Assembly (NCBI GenBank): GCA_965226555.1
Contig: CBDDDG010000010.1
Span: 416,001 to 480,000, forward strand
Length of the DNA: 64,000 bases
From: Salinispira sp.
Lineage (GTDB): Bacteria > Spirochaetota > Spirochaetia > DSM-27196 > Salinispiraceae
Direction: 5' to 3'
The translations under genes were made by a program, and so were the position numbers. The notes beneath the pieces were generated by a model, which saw only the letters and a program-made list of their open reading frames with translations, had not been told where the DNA came from and did not search any database. This document shows, piece by piece, positions 40,223 through 50,486 of this stretch (position 1 is its first letter; every line of letters begins with the position of its first letter).

Positions 40223-40813
40223 TTACTTTCCTTCCTTCCTGAGCATGTCATCGGCATACTTGTGAAGTTGACGGGTCAGTGGACCCATTTTTTTGCGGCG
40301 CTTTTTAGCATGGGCGTGAATAGCGATCACCATCTCCCAGGGAGACAAATTCATAACCTTATTCCGGAATTTTTCGCTTATATATTTTCTCTCAGGTTCA
40401 ATGTAATCGCTCACATAGAGTAATATACCAAGTTTATCCATACCCTTTCTGCCAAAGGTATGATCTTCAAGCGCGTTCAGCACCGAAGTATTTTTTACGC
40501 CGAAATTCCGCTGCAGCAGCAGAGCCGCGCAGCGTCCGTGAAGGAGCATGGGCTGCCTTTCCTCCGCCTTCCTCGGTTTGTAACCCGATGACAGGGCAAG
40601 CTTCAGAAGTTTCTTCGGCGTCCATTCACGAACCATATCGTGGGCAAGTCCAACCAATTTTGCATCCGCCTTTTTTACTCCGAACTGCTTCGCAAGTTTC
40701 GCGCAGGTCTGCGCCACTCTCTGAATATGCTCATACCGGCGTTTGCTGCATTGTTTCCGGAGAAAGGGCTCAAGTTCTTCAATAACTTCCTTTGTCTTCA
40801 TACCGTCCTGCAT
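40223..40813 (-). CDS. yqeK: HD-domain Ap4A hydrolase
   Basis: RYEH, HD, LLHG, HT.G, DYIEP.R; follows nadD. Confidence 0.88.
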   Translation of the reverse strand: MQDGMKTKEVIEELEPFLRKQCSKRRYEHIQRVAQTCAKLAKQFGVKKADAKLVGLAHDMVREWTPKKLLKLALSSGYKPRKAEERQPMLLHGRCAALLLQRNFGVKNTSVLNALEDHTFGRKGMDKLGILLYVSDYIEPERKYISEKFRNKVMNLSPWEMVIAIHAHAKKRRKKMGPLTRQLHKYADDMLRKEGK

Positions 40814-40877
40814 CTCTCATCTGTATATCTCAATTCATATGCCGATTCATATGCCGATTCATATCAATGTATATTGA

Positions 40878-41513
40878 TCATCGGATATAGAGGGAATGTT
40901 CCCGAATATAGCGATGAACAGCTTCATCAATAAACATTTCAACAGGCATCTTCTGAATGAGCGCTTCTCTGAGTTCTGCCGAAGAAATGTGGTATATCTC
41001 ATTTTCCATAAAATGCACCGAAGACGCATATTTTTCAAGCTCATTGGGCATTTTCGCATGCGCGCCGCTCCCGTTTCCCGCGTTTCCCGCACGGCTTCCG
41101 CTCCTCGCGAATACCGCGATCTGCGCGGTACTGAAAATACTCTGCCAGTCCTTCCACTTCGGCAGATCATTCAGTATATCATCGCCAACAATGAGGTACA
41201 GTTCGGCATCGGGATATTTTTTCCGCAGTGTCTGAATGGTCTCGCTGGTATAGCTTGTTCCCGCTCTTTCCAGTTCGGCAGAAAAAATGCGGATGTCATT
41301 TTCCGGCATCTTCCGCTTCAGAACATCGCGCATTAATTCCAGCATTGCGAGGCGTTCCTGCGCGCCGGCATGGTGCGGGTTTTTCAGGGGCGACTGGAAG
41401 GCCGGCACGAGGTAGAGACAATGTGGACGCAGAAGCCGAAACACTTCCTGCGCTATATGCCCATGCCCCTTATGCGGAGGATCAAAGCTCCCCCCAAACA
41501 GTGCTACTCGCAT
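40878..41513 (-). CDS. nadD: Nicotinate-nucleotide adenylyltransferase
   Basis: GGSFDPPHKGH, SYT, IVGDD, ISSAELR. Confidence 0.93.
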   Translation of the reverse strand: MRVALFGGSFDPPHKGHGHIAQEVFRLLRPHCLYLVPAFQSPLKNPHHAGAQERLAMLELMRDVLKRKMPENDIRIFSAELERAGTSYTSETIQTLRKKYPDAELYLIVGDDILNDLPKWKDWQSIFSTAQIAVFARSGSRAGNAGNGSGAHAKMPNELEKYASSVHFMENEIYHISSAELREALIQKMPVEMFIDEAVHRYIREHSLYIR

Positions 41514-41525
41514 TTTTTCATGTTC

Positions 41526-42623
41526 TCATTCCCCGGCGATATCATCTTTTTCTCCACGCTCATCTTCCTCGGCGATATTGGCAAGATCATTGCCGAAGCG
41601 GTAATAATCCGGCACTGTTCTTTCAGGAATCGTAATAATTTTGAGGAGATAATCCATGAGCTGTTCAAGACCTTCATGTGTTGCCGAAGATATCGGAATG
41701 ACCTTTTCCCCCGCTTCCTCCTCGGCTTTCTCCTTGAATTCCGGCAGTTTCTGCATGGACTCAAGAATATCCATTTTTGATGCCACGATGTACCGCTGAC
41801 GATCAAGGAGTTCCGGGTATGAGTCCGCAAGTTCCTTTCGAAGTCCTTCGAAAACTTCCATGGGATCATCATCTGTACTGAGATCGATAAGAAAAAGGAG
41901 GGCGCGGGCACGATTGATATGCTTCAGAAAACGGTAACCAAGCCCCACTCCCCGAGCTGCCCCCTTTATTATACCGGGAATGTCTGCGAGTACCATTTCC
42001 CGCCCGCGGTGGCGCAGCACACCCAAATGCGGAACCTTTGTCGTAAACGGATATGCGGCAATTTTGGGGCGCGCGGAAGTAAGCGCGGCAAGCAGGCTGC
42101 TTTTACCTGCGTTCGGAAGGCCAACTAAGCCGACATCGGCTATTATTGAAAGTTCCAGCCTGATTTTCCGTTCTTCGCCGGGCATGCCCGTCTGCGCGAA
42201 GCGGGGAGCCTGTTTGCGGCTGGTAGCAAAGTGAACATTACCTCTTCCGCCTGCCCCGCCGGAAAGAAATGGAACATCCTGTTCCTTCTCAAGGAGGTCA
42301 AGAAGAATTTCTCCGCTTTCCGCATCGAATACCCGGGTTCCGGGCGGAACGGTAATAATAACATTCCGGCCGTCTCGGCCGTAGCGCTTGCGTCCTTCCC
42401 CGGGTAAACCTCTTTCAGCCCGATATGTCTTATTAGCCCGCAGGTGTGAAAGCGTTTTCAAGTTATTCTGCACCGTGAACAAAACATTACCGCCGCGACC
42501 GCCATCGCCGCCATCGGGACCGCCGCGGGGAACGTATTTTTCCCTTCGAAAGGAAACGGCGCCCGCGCCTCCATGACCGCTTTCAAGGGTAATGACTAAT
42601 TCATCTGTAAAAAAGGAAGACAA
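41526..42623 (-). CDS. obgE: GTPase Obg
   Basis: Gly-rich Obg fold, GLPNAGKSS, YPFTT, DIPG; TTG start. Confidence 0.96.
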   Translation of the reverse strand: MSSFFTDELVITLESGHGGAGAVSFRREKYVPRGGPDGGDGGRGGNVLFTVQNNLKTLSHLRANKTYRAERGLPGEGRKRYGRDGRNVIITVPPGTRVFDAESGEILLDLLEKEQDVPFLSGGAGGRGNVHFATSRKQAPRFAQTGMPGEERKIRLELSIIADVGLVGLPNAGKSSLLAALTSARPKIAAYPFTTKVPHLGVLRHRGREMVLADIPGIIKGAARGVGLGYRFLKHINRARALLFLIDLSTDDDPMEVFEGLRKELADSYPELLDRQRYIVASKMDILESMQKLPEFKEKAEEEAGEKVIPISSATHEGLEQLMDYLLKIITIPERTVPDYYRFGNDLANIAEEDERGEKDDIAGE

Positions 42624-42631
42624 TTAGAACT

Positions 42632-42658
42632 CAAACTTTTGCTTTATGCAAAAGTTTC
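42632..42658. mobile_element. 27-bp family P element with 5-bp duplication GAACT
   Basis: GAACT at 42627-42631 and 42659-42663. Confidence 0.85.
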
Positions 42659-42904
42659 GAACTGTATGTTTACGAATTTTCTGCCCCGCCGTTCCGTGAA
42701 TTCCACAGTTCCCTGGGCCTTTGCGAAAAGGGTATCGTCTTTGCCGCGTCCAACATTAATACCGGGATGAATTCGTGTTCCCCGTTGGCGAATAAGTATT
42801 TCACCCGCCTTCACCAGCTGACCGCCGAAACGTTTTACTCCAAGCCGCTTACTCTGTGAATCGCGGCCGTTTTTTGTGCTGCCGCCGCCTTTTTTATGAG
42901 CCAT
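42644..42904 (-). CDS. rpmA: 50S ribosomal protein L27
   Basis: [27 protein letters not shown]. Confidence 0.98.
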   Translation of the reverse strand: MAHKKGGGSTKNGRDSQSKRLGVKRFGGQLVKAGEILIRQRGTRIHPGINVGRGKDDTLFAKAQGTVEFTERRGRKFVNIQFETFA

Positions 42905-42959
42905 ACAGTTTTTCTCCGTTCATTTTTTAACCGCAGGTATAATTCCAATGAGGTTATTA

Positions 42960-43033
42960 AAGAACGTTTTGCTACTGAAAATTGTGCTTGCACAATTTTC
43001 CAAGGCAAAACTTTGTTCAGGCAAAACGTTCTT
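42960..43033. repeat. Nested family P hairpin in the rpmA upstream region
   Basis: AAGAACGTTTTGC...GAAAATTGTGCTTGCACAATTTTC...GCAAAACGTTCTT. Confidence 0.85.
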
Positions 43034-43077
43034 ATACTTATCAATAATACATTCCGGTGTCAAGCGCCGTATTTAGA

Positions 43078-43104
43078 GAAAGTTTTGCAAAATGCAAAAG
43101 TTTC
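43078..43104. mobile_element. 27-bp family P element with 5-bp duplication TTAGA
   Basis: TTAGA at 43073-43077 and 43105-43109; duplicates the stop codon of the adjacent gene. Confidence 0.85.
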
Positions 43105-43815
43105 TTAGAGAATCAGCATGACCCCAATGGTGGCAAAAAAGCCCCCTGTCTGAGAATGATAGTCCGTAACGCCATTGTACAGGTACATAAGATTATCGTA
43201 CACGTAATATCCGCCCTCCGCATAGATTCCGAAGGGTTTGTCAATTGTTACTTCAATGCCTCCTCCAAGCTGTCCGAAGAAGTACCCCGGCAGATACGCG
43301 TCATCAGGGTGGACAGACAGGAGATACGTAGCATGGTCAGCATTAAAGGCATACCCTGCCTTCAGCAGTCCGTACAGAGCAATTTCAAAACTGCTCAGGG
43401 AACTTGCATAGCTAACTGCATCAATACGCACAAGGGCATACAGGGGAAAATAGGGTTCCAATTCAGAGTCTGTTAGGTTATACTTGTAGAGATTCTTTAT
43501 ATCAAACAGTCCGGGAAAGACTGCGCCCCCGCCAAATCCAAGATGAAGTCCGCCCGCCGACAGAGTACCTCCCGTTACAGGAACATCCAGAATGTTGAAA
43601 ATCTTAAAACTAATATTCGCAAGAATCCCGAGAGCATCGGAAGTTTCTTCCTGACTATTGGAATCACCGACACTGAAAATCTCTGTGCCCTGCCGATTAA
43701 ACCCCGGAAAGAAATACGATGTCCCTAAATCGACACGGGCCTGCGCACCGATAGAAAACCCACCTAAGATAATAAGAAACAGAACAAACATACATTGCTT
43801 AATACTATTTGTCAT
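43105..43815 (-). CDS. Putative outer-membrane beta-barrel protein
   Basis: GAGGAGG RBS, signal peptide, amphipathic Gly/aromatic-rich strands. Confidence 0.65.
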   Translation of the reverse strand: MTNSIKQCMFVLFLIILGGFSIGAQARVDLGTSYFFPGFNRQGTEIFSVGDSNSQEETSDALGILANISFKIFNILDVPVTGGTLSAGGLHLGFGGGAVFPGLFDIKNLYKYNLTDSELEPYFPLYALVRIDAVSYASSLSSFEIALYGLLKAGYAFNADHATYLLSVHPDDAYLPGYFFGQLGGGIEVTIDKPFGIYAEGGYYVYDNLMYLYNGVTDYHSQTGGFFATIGVMLIL

Positions 43816-43886
43816 ACATTGCCTCCTCGCAATTTCAGCCACAGATCCGATAATATCATCGGCCAATGGCAGTTTATATTATATAT

Positions 43887-43985
43887 GAAACTTTTGTATA
43901 AAACAAAAATTTCAAATTTGGAATGCTTTTTATGCTTAGCATTCTCTTAATAATAATACATAGTTTTACAAAATGCAAACCTTTG
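43887..43985. repeat. Degenerate family P element
   Basis: Contains the GGAATGCTTT..TGCTTAGCATTCTC spacer seen in 14241-14370. Confidence 0.7.
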
Positions 43986-44288
43986 TATTATTATTTATCA
44001 AAATTATCTGAATTTCAAATAAAATAATAGGGAAGCTCTGGTATTTCACACTGCATCGTGGAAATAGCGTTTTTTCAGGTTCCACTATACTCCATTATCA
44101 TCAAAAATAATTTTATGTCAAATTCTGCTCCCATTTTTATGGGATATTAATATCTCATCATTCTCATCATTTTACCGATAATCAACGTAGAAACTTTGCC
44201 GTAGAGGAAGTATCTTCGCCGCGCAATTCCGCAGGAATAAACGGGCGGGGCACATTTCATAAACGGCGGGGGCATTACATGAGGCAGC

Positions 44289-44768
44289 ATGAGCATTGAT
44301 ACCTTCGGGGACATTATTGACGGACAAACAGGGCTCTTTGAAGAATTGACCGAGCATCAGCAGAATCTTCAAAAATCGATACTCAATAAGAATTACCGCC
44401 TCACCCAGCGGAGCATACGGGAAATGGGCAGAATAGCAGAGAACATTCAGCATGGGGAACAGGCGCGTGAACAGGCGCTTGCCATTCTGATGAAGGAGAA
44501 TGAGCTTTCCGAGGAACTCGGCATACATTCCCTTCTGGCAACCCTCGCAGCGCCCCTGCGCACAAGCATCGGAGAAAAAATCCGCGCCTTCAAAACAGCA
44601 GTATATACGGCAAGAACCTTTAATGAAGGAATTGCGGCATATTCCTCCAGCCAGATAGATGTGCTGGAAGATGTCATTACGGAATTGTATCCGGGCGGGA
44701 GCGCCTATACCGCCACAGGGCAGCGCCGAAGCGCCGAACCCGCCATGGTTCTCGACCACAGCCTTTAG
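44289..44768 (+). CDS. flgN: Flagellar export chaperone FlgN-like
   Basis: Helical 159 aa protein directly upstream of flgK. Confidence 0.7.
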   Translation: MSIDTFGDIIDGQTGLFEELTEHQQNLQKSILNKNYRLTQRSIREMGRIAENIQHGEQAREQALAILMKENELSEELGIHSLLATLAAPLRTSIGEKIRAFKTAVYTARTFNEGIAAYSSSQIDVLEDVITELYPGGSAYTATGQRRSAEPAMVLDHSL

Positions 44769-44777
44769 GAGCATTGC

Positions 44778-46655
44778 ATGCAAAGCACATTTTCAGGAAT
44801 TGAAATTGGGAAACGTTCCCTTTTCGCGCATTCCCTCGCGCTGTCTACCGTGGGGCATAATCTCAGTAACGCCTCCGCGGAGGGCTACAGCCGCCAGCGG
44901 GTTGAACTGGAGGCAACGCAGCCGATCTATCGACCGCAGCTTAACCGCGCCGTCGGCGCCGGGCACATAGGACAGGGAGTGGACGCAGCCCGCGTATCGC
45001 GCGTGCGCGATGAACTTCTTGAGGGGCGTATTGTTTCAAACACCAGCGGCGAGGGCTACTGGACTGCCCGCGACAATTACATTCTGCAGCTTGAGCAGAT
45101 ATACAATGAGCCGAGTGAATTGTCGCTGCGCGGGGCTATGGACCGATTTTGGGACGGATGGGAAGAATTATCGATCTATCCCGATCAGATGGCTGCGCGG
45201 CAGGTGGTCGTGGAAAACGGACGGGCATTGGTAAACGGTATGAAACTTCGCTATGAATCGCTGGAGCAGATACGATCCATGCTCAATGATGACATTACCG
45301 CCGCTGTCGCAGAGGTCAATGATCTCAGCTCCGAAATAGCGGGGCTGAACCATGAAATTGTGAATTCAAAGGCGGCGGGCGATGAGCCGAATGATCTCCT
45401 GGATCGCCGCGATCTGCTCATTGAAAACCTTGGGAAGCTCATTGATATTACTGTTGATTACCGCGATCCCGATGAGGTTAATGTTCATACAGCAGGTTTC
45501 CAGCTCATTCAGGGGGGGAGTTTCAAAACATTTTCACTTGAGGCAGATCCCCTGAATGAAGGATTCTCCCGCATACGCTGGGCATATAATGGAGAAGAAG
45601 CTTCCTTCAATAGCGGTAAGCTTGCAGCCCTGTTTGAACTGAGGGATGTGGACATTCGTGAAGAAATTCAGGGGCTCGATAATATGGCAGTCAATTTTAT
45701 TGATCTGGTCAATGAAATTCATCGGGAAGGATACGGTTTAAGCGGTCAGACAGGAGTTGCCTTCTTCAATTACGAACGATTCGTTAACAATGTAAACGGC
45801 AATTTCGATGCCGATGGAGACGGCGCCTTCGATTCATCGTATATATTCCGCATAACCGGCGCCAATGCTCTTGATCCCCAGCAGGAAATAGGATTAGCGG
45901 GAACAATAACCCTCAACGGCGCTGAGGGTCCCGTGAATGTTGCCTACCGCCCCGAAGATACCGTACGCGACCTTATTCTGCGCATGAACAATTCCGGCGC
46001 GGAGGTGGTCGCTCGGCTCGATCGGGGAGGACGGCTGAGCCTCAAAGCAACGCCATCGGAGGCCTTTGACAGACCGGATTTTGTCATACAGCAGATAGAA
46101 GACAGCGGGCAGTTTCTGGTAGGGTACTCGGGTATTCTCCTTGAGAGCGGAGCGGGCGGCGCATACAATTTTGCCCAGCCCGATGCTGTTTCAGCGCTGC
46201 GCGGGGGGGCATTGAACTTTGAAGTATCGCCCCTCGGGCACCCCTCGGCATGGATGAGCCTGAATGACCGCATACGCAATGATCCGGGAACAGTGGCAAC
46301 CAGCTTTGGTTCGCAGGGAAGAAGCGGTGAGTTGGGAGACGGCAGGGCGGCTCTGGAAATAGCGGGCATCCGAAATCAGCCGGTTATGCTCGGGCGCATT
46401 CCCAGCTTCGATGACTATTTTGCCGACACCGTTGTCTTTGTCGGCCTCAAGGGTCAGGAAGCCGAAATTGCCATGCGAACTCAGGAACTCATTAGGAAAG
46501 ACCTTCGCGATGCCCGAGCTTCAATTTCAGGAGTAAACATCGATGAAGAATTGGCCCAAATGATAAAATACCAGCACGGCTACAATGCGGCATCGCGCTT
46601 TATCAACACCATGAACAGTATGTTAGATACCATTATCAACCGGCTTGGCGTCTAA
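44778..46655 (+). CDS. flgK: Flagellar hook-associated protein 1
   Basis: GHNLSNA..EGYSRQRV; SGVNIDEE..YQHGYNA. Confidence 0.96.
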   Translation: MQSTFSGIEIGKRSLFAHSLALSTVGHNLSNASAEGYSRQRVELEATQPIYRPQLNRAVGAGHIGQGVDAARVSRVRDELLEGRIVSNTSGEGYWTARDNYILQLEQIYNEPSELSLRGAMDRFWDGWEELSIYPDQMAARQVVVENGRALVNGMKLRYESLEQIRSMLNDDITAAVAEVNDLSSEIAGLNHEIVNSKAAGDEPNDLLDRRDLLIENLGKLIDITVDYRDPDEVNVHTAGFQLIQGGSFKTFSLEADPLNEGFSRIRWAYNGEEASFNSGKLAALFELRDVDIREEIQGLDNMAVNFIDLVNEIHREGYGLSGQTGVAFFNYERFVNNVNGNFDADGDGAFDSSYIFRITGANALDPQQEIGLAGTITLNGAEGPVNVAYRPEDTVRDLILRMNNSGAEVVARLDRGGRLSLKATPSEAFDRPDFVIQQIEDSGQFLVGYSGILLESGAGGAYNFAQPDAVSALRGGALNFEVSPLGHPSAWMSLNDRIRNDPGTVATSFGSQGRSGELGDGRAALEIAGIRNQPVMLGRIPSFDDYFADTVVFVGLKGQEAEIAMRTQELIRKDLRDARASISGVNIDEELAQMIKYQHGYNAASRFINTMNSMLDTIINRLGV

Positions 46656-46666
46656 GGAGAGAACGA

Positions 46667-47905
46667 ATGAACAGGATCAGCACAAATCTTCCAAACGATA
46701 ATCTGCAGTATTATACGCGGCAGCGCCAGGTGGCGCTGAACGAATCGCAGAACCGCATGGCGGCGCAAACACGTATTCTGAACCTGCGGGATGACCCTGC
46801 GGCAGCGGCTCATGCCACCCGCCATCAGAGTTATCTCACACGGCTTAAGCGCTATAACGACAACATCGGCAATTCCATTAATCATTACCGGGTTGCTGAA
46901 GGGCATATCCGCCATTCTGTCGACATTCTGCAGGAGATCCGCGCCATTGCCGTTATGGGCGCGAACGGCACCTATTCCGCAGAAAACCTCAAGGTAATGG
47001 GAACGGAGGTAAATGAACTGCTCAAAGGATTTATTGAATCGGCAAATGCCGTTGATGCGGATGGCGCTTCAATCTTTTCAGGAAATCGCAGCCAGAACCG
47101 CGCGTGGCGGGTAATAAACGGGCGCCTCCCCAATGTCAGCGGCAGCGTTGCGCAGAATGTGGAATATATCGGCGACATTGGAACACGTCAAATTGAAATT
47201 GCAGACGGCACATACATTGAAATAAATTTTCCCGGCAATAAGCTATTCTGGGCTGAAAAACAGCAATTATATTCTCCCAACGATGCCAGAGATTATGTTG
47301 TATCGGAAGATTCAATAATTACCGTAAACGGGGAAAACATTCAACTCAGGGAAGGCGATAATATCTACCAGATCATCGCCCGCATTAATGACGCTCCCGC
47401 GGAGATTAAGGCAGGCCTTGATCCGGTGAGTAATGGTCTGGTACTTGAAAGCAGCGTTCCGCGGCAGATATGGATCGCCGATGAAGAAGGTTCGGCACTT
47501 CAGGACCTTGGCATTATCGACGACCAGCGCCCGCCCGGGAATGTTGCGCCGGGCGTTCAGGTTTTCGGAGGCAGCGCCTTCGATGCCATTATCCAACTGC
47601 GCGACAATCTCTTTCAGGGAGATACTCTGGATGTTGGCGGCGATGGAATTCGTTCAATCGATTCTGCCCTCAATACTGCGCTTTCAAGTCTTGGAGATCT
47701 CGGGGCAAAAACAAGCCGTATGGAAATAGCCTTGAAACGTAATGAAAAAGAAATTGGCGATGTAACGGAAAATTCTTCCCGCATAACCGACATCGATTTC
47801 ACCAAAGCGCTCACGGAATTCTCCATGCTTGAATTAACGCACCGAGCGGCGCTCTCCATAAGCGCCCGGATTATTCAGCCGACCCTCCTCGATTTTCTGG
47901 GCTAA
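46667..47905 (+). CDS. flgL: Flagellar hook-associated protein 3
   Basis: MNRIST, RDDP, ANGTYS, C-terminal PTLLDFL. Confidence 0.95.
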   Translation: MNRISTNLPNDNLQYYTRQRQVALNESQNRMAAQTRILNLRDDPAAAAHATRHQSYLTRLKRYNDNIGNSINHYRVAEGHIRHSVDILQEIRAIAVMGANGTYSAENLKVMGTEVNELLKGFIESANAVDADGASIFSGNRSQNRAWRVINGRLPNVSGSVAQNVEYIGDIGTRQIEIADGTYIEINFPGNKLFWAEKQQLYSPNDARDYVVSEDSIITVNGENIQLREGDNIYQIIARINDAPAEIKAGLDPVSNGLVLESSVPRQIWIADEEGSALQDLGIIDDQRPPGNVAPGVQVFGGSAFDAIIQLRDNLFQGDTLDVGGDGIRSIDSALNTALSSLGDLGAKTSRMEIALKRNEKEIGDVTENSSRITDIDFTKALTEFSMLELTHRAALSISARIIQPTLLDFLG

Positions 47906-47908
47906 GTA

Positions 47909-48406
47909 ATGCGTATTAACACACGGACACTTGGAAAAGTTGATATAGATGATCGCCAGTTCATTACCTTTCCCCGGGGAATTCTTGGTTTTGAAACACA
48001 TAAGCGTTTCGCCCTTCTGGATGCTCCCCAACCGCCCTTCTACTGGCTTCAGTCGCTTTCCGATGTACAAACGGCCTTTGTGCTCATATCGCCCGATGTT
48101 TTCCGTAACGACTATGCGCTCAGTCTTGAAAGTAATGAACTGGAGGTTCTCGAAGTTCAGGAATTGGAAGATGGTAATCTCACTCTGAAGAACGGAGAGC
48201 GGGCGCAACTGCTCGTTTTTGCCATTGTTACCGTCAGTACCGATGTCAGCAATATGACTGCAAATCTCCAGGGGCCTGTTATTATTAACCCATACAACCA
48301 CTGCGGCCTTCAGGGCATTCAAACCGATTCACGATGGAAAACAAAGCACTTTGTTCTTGAAGAAATGTCTGCAAGAAGCGCGGTATTATCCGGAAAGGGT
48401 TCCTGA
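47909..48406 (+). CDS. fliW: Flagellar assembly factor FliW
   Basis: [26 protein letters not shown]. Confidence 0.95.
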   Translation: MRINTRTLGKVDIDDRQFITFPRGILGFETHKRFALLDAPQPPFYWLQSLSDVQTAFVLISPDVFRNDYALSLESNELEVLEVQELEDGNLTLKNGERAQLLVFAIVTVSTDVSNMTANLQGPVIINPYNHCGLQGIQTDSRWKTKHFVLEEMSARSAVLSGKGS

Positions 48407-48639
48407 TGCTTGTCCTCACACGGAGAATGAATGAAGCAATAATGATCGGCGATGAAATTGAAATTGCCATCGTCGACATTAAAAACGACCAAGTCAAAAT
48501 TGGCATCCGCGCCCCCCGCAATATCAAAGTATTCCGTCACGAAGTGTACGCAGCCATCCAGAAAGAAAATCGCCTCGCAGCAGAGTCCAGTTCCGATCTG
48601 CCGAATCTCGAAGACTTCCCGCATCCCCTCAAAAAATAA
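48406..48639 (+). CDS. csrA: Carbon storage regulator
   Basis: [21 protein letters not shown]. Confidence 0.97.
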   Translation: MLVLTRRMNEAIMIGDEIEIAIVDIKNDQVKIGIRAPRNIKVFRHEVYAAIQKENRLAAESSSDLPNLEDFPHPLKK

Positions 48640-48687
48640 TTGTCAAAGTCAGAAGAAAATCTTTACTCCTCTCCATAGAAACATCAA

Positions 48688-48834
48688 GAAATTTTTGCAT
48701 TTTGCAAAACTTTCTATTATAATTTTACTTGAAAGTTTATTGAAAATTTTGTATAAATAAAGTTTTGCCTGAGGCAAATTTTCTGAGATGAGAAAATCCG
48801 CATTGAAACTTTTGCATAAAGTACAATTTTCCAG
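48688..48834. repeat. Family P cluster (27-bp unit plus a degenerate longer unit)
   Basis: GAAATTTTTGCATTTTGCAAAACTTTC; AAAGTTTTGCCTGAGGCAAA..GAGATGAGAAAATCC..CAATTTTCCAG. Confidence 0.75.
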
Positions 48835-48879
48835 TATAATTGTAATATAAAAATAAATTGCATTTTATAATAAGGAAAT

Positions 48880-49728
48880 GTGTTGCAGATAAGAAAATTA
48901 ACCGATACTCTTAAGCTCTCAAACGATGGTCAACTTACCTTATTTCCTATTGGTACCGGCAATGCCTTCACAAAAACAAACTATCAGAATAATTACATTA
49001 TCATCAAAAATGATGAACATATCCTCATAGACTGCGGAACCATGGCCTCCATGGCTCTCTATAAACTTGGGATTCCCATTACGGATATCCGCCATGTCTA
49101 TGTCACACATTCGCATGCGGATCATACCGGCGGTATTGAAGAAATCATGCTGACGAACCGCTATGTTACCCAGAAAAAAACCAACATAATTATAACAAAG
49201 GAATATGAACATCTTCTCTGGGAGAATACGCTCAAGGGAGGCGCTACCTTTAATGAATGGAAGAACGGAGCATATCTGAAATTTAACGATTTCTGGAATG
49301 TTCACCGTCCGGTTGAATGCAGGGCGCTCAACCGCAGTGCATGGGAGATCGATTACCAGAATATCAACCTCATTTTTTTCAGAACAATGCATTATCCCGA
49401 CAGCGCGTCAAACTGGAAAAACAGCGCGCACAGCACAGGTCTCATTATTGACAAGCGGATATTATTCACTGCCGACACCCGCTTCGATGAAGAATTAATT
49501 CTGGATATTACCAGCACCTTTGATATAGAAACGATTTTTCATGATGTGCAGTTTTTTCCCGGCGGAATTCACGCTTTTTTTGATGAACTCATAACGCTTC
49601 CCGACCATATACGGGCAAAGACTCTTCTCATGCATTATCCCGACAACTACCGGCAGTTCGAAGATATTGTTTCAAATGCAGGATTCATGGGCTTCGTCCA
49701 AGCACATCAGTACTACGACTTTATGTGA
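48880..49728 (+). CDS. Metallo-beta-lactamase fold hydrolase (phosphodiesterase-like)
   Basis: GTGNAF, IDCG, THSHADH, TADT, LMHY. Confidence 0.85.
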   Translation: MLQIRKLTDTLKLSNDGQLTLFPIGTGNAFTKTNYQNNYIIIKNDEHILIDCGTMASMALYKLGIPITDIRHVYVTHSHADHTGGIEEIMLTNRYVTQKKTNIIITKEYEHLLWENTLKGGATFNEWKNGAYLKFNDFWNVHRPVECRALNRSAWEIDYQNINLIFFRTMHYPDSASNWKNSAHSTGLIIDKRILFTADTRFDEELILDITSTFDIETIFHDVQFFPGGIHAFFDELITLPDHIRAKTLLMHYPDNYRQFEDIVSNAGFMGFVQAHQYYDFM

Positions 49729-49794
49729 GAAATTTTTGCATGCGCCGCGGCAGATTATTAAACAGATGTAGGGCGCTATCTGCTGTTGGGCGCG

Positions 49795-50379
49795 CTATCT
49801 GTTATCTGCTCTCCGCCGATTTTTCGCAGGCATTTTTTCAGCAAGCATGGAGGTGTACCTCCGATGTTCTATTTTTTCAGCGCCGATTCCAAGCTGCGTA
49901 AAGAGCTTGCGAAATTCTTCTCTGGCTTCTTCTTTGACCTGATGGATCTTATCCCCGGGAACCTGTCCATCCAGCAATAATTCAAGTTCCAGAAAGTGTC
50001 CCAGCCCCGGAATTTCCGAAAGCTCAATACTATAATTCCTGTACTGCCAAGAGGTTCCGCGTTTTGATTTTCGCATGGATTCCCGGTAGCCTGCGCCTTT
50101 AATCATATACGTAAAATGCTCAGGATTTGAAACAGTGAATTCCCGTTCGAAATTTACTTCAAGCTCCTTATCAAGCGTCTTTTCCTTAATGGTAACAATG
50201 GCAGAGTCTGCATCGCTGCGTAAACGTAGTTCCTGTTTGATCCTTCCGTTCTCCAGCAGGTGAAAATATATGTCTGTTTTGTTATATTCCCGGATTTTTC
50301 GGGCCGGAAGCGCAAGAATTTTCTCCCGTATCAGATCAGGATTATCTATCCATGCCTTCATTTCAATTTCAGTGTTCAT
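49795..50379 (-). CDS. CYTH-domain protein (class IV adenylate cyclase-like)
   Basis: EIEMK, DIYF, LRLR, K.R, GLGHFLELE. Confidence 0.85.
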   Translation of the reverse strand: MNTEIEMKAWIDNPDLIREKILALPARKIREYNKTDIYFHLLENGRIKQELRLRSDADSAIVTIKEKTLDKELEVNFEREFTVSNPEHFTYMIKGAGYRESMRKSKRGTSWQYRNYSIELSEIPGLGHFLELELLLDGQVPGDKIHQVKEEAREEFRKLFTQLGIGAEKIEHRRYTSMLAEKMPAKNRRRADNR

Positions 50380-50383
50380 ACTG

Positions 50384-50461
50384 TCCGATTTCCTGCTGGC
50401 GATTGCGCTGGCTACTGGCGGTTGCGCGGTTTCCGATTTCCTGCTGGCGATTGCGCTGGCT
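50384..50461. repeat. 30-bp direct repeat x2, intergenic
   Basis: TCCGATTTCCTGCTGGCGATTGCGCTGGCT twice. Confidence 0.85.
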
Positions 50462-50486
50462 GCCGGCTGCCGGCGACCGTGCCGGC

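Noticed and set aside
44147..44181. Sigma28 promoter for flgN (ACCGATAA)
   Set aside because: The -10 is plausible but there is no TAAA at the proper spacing, so it is too weak to call.
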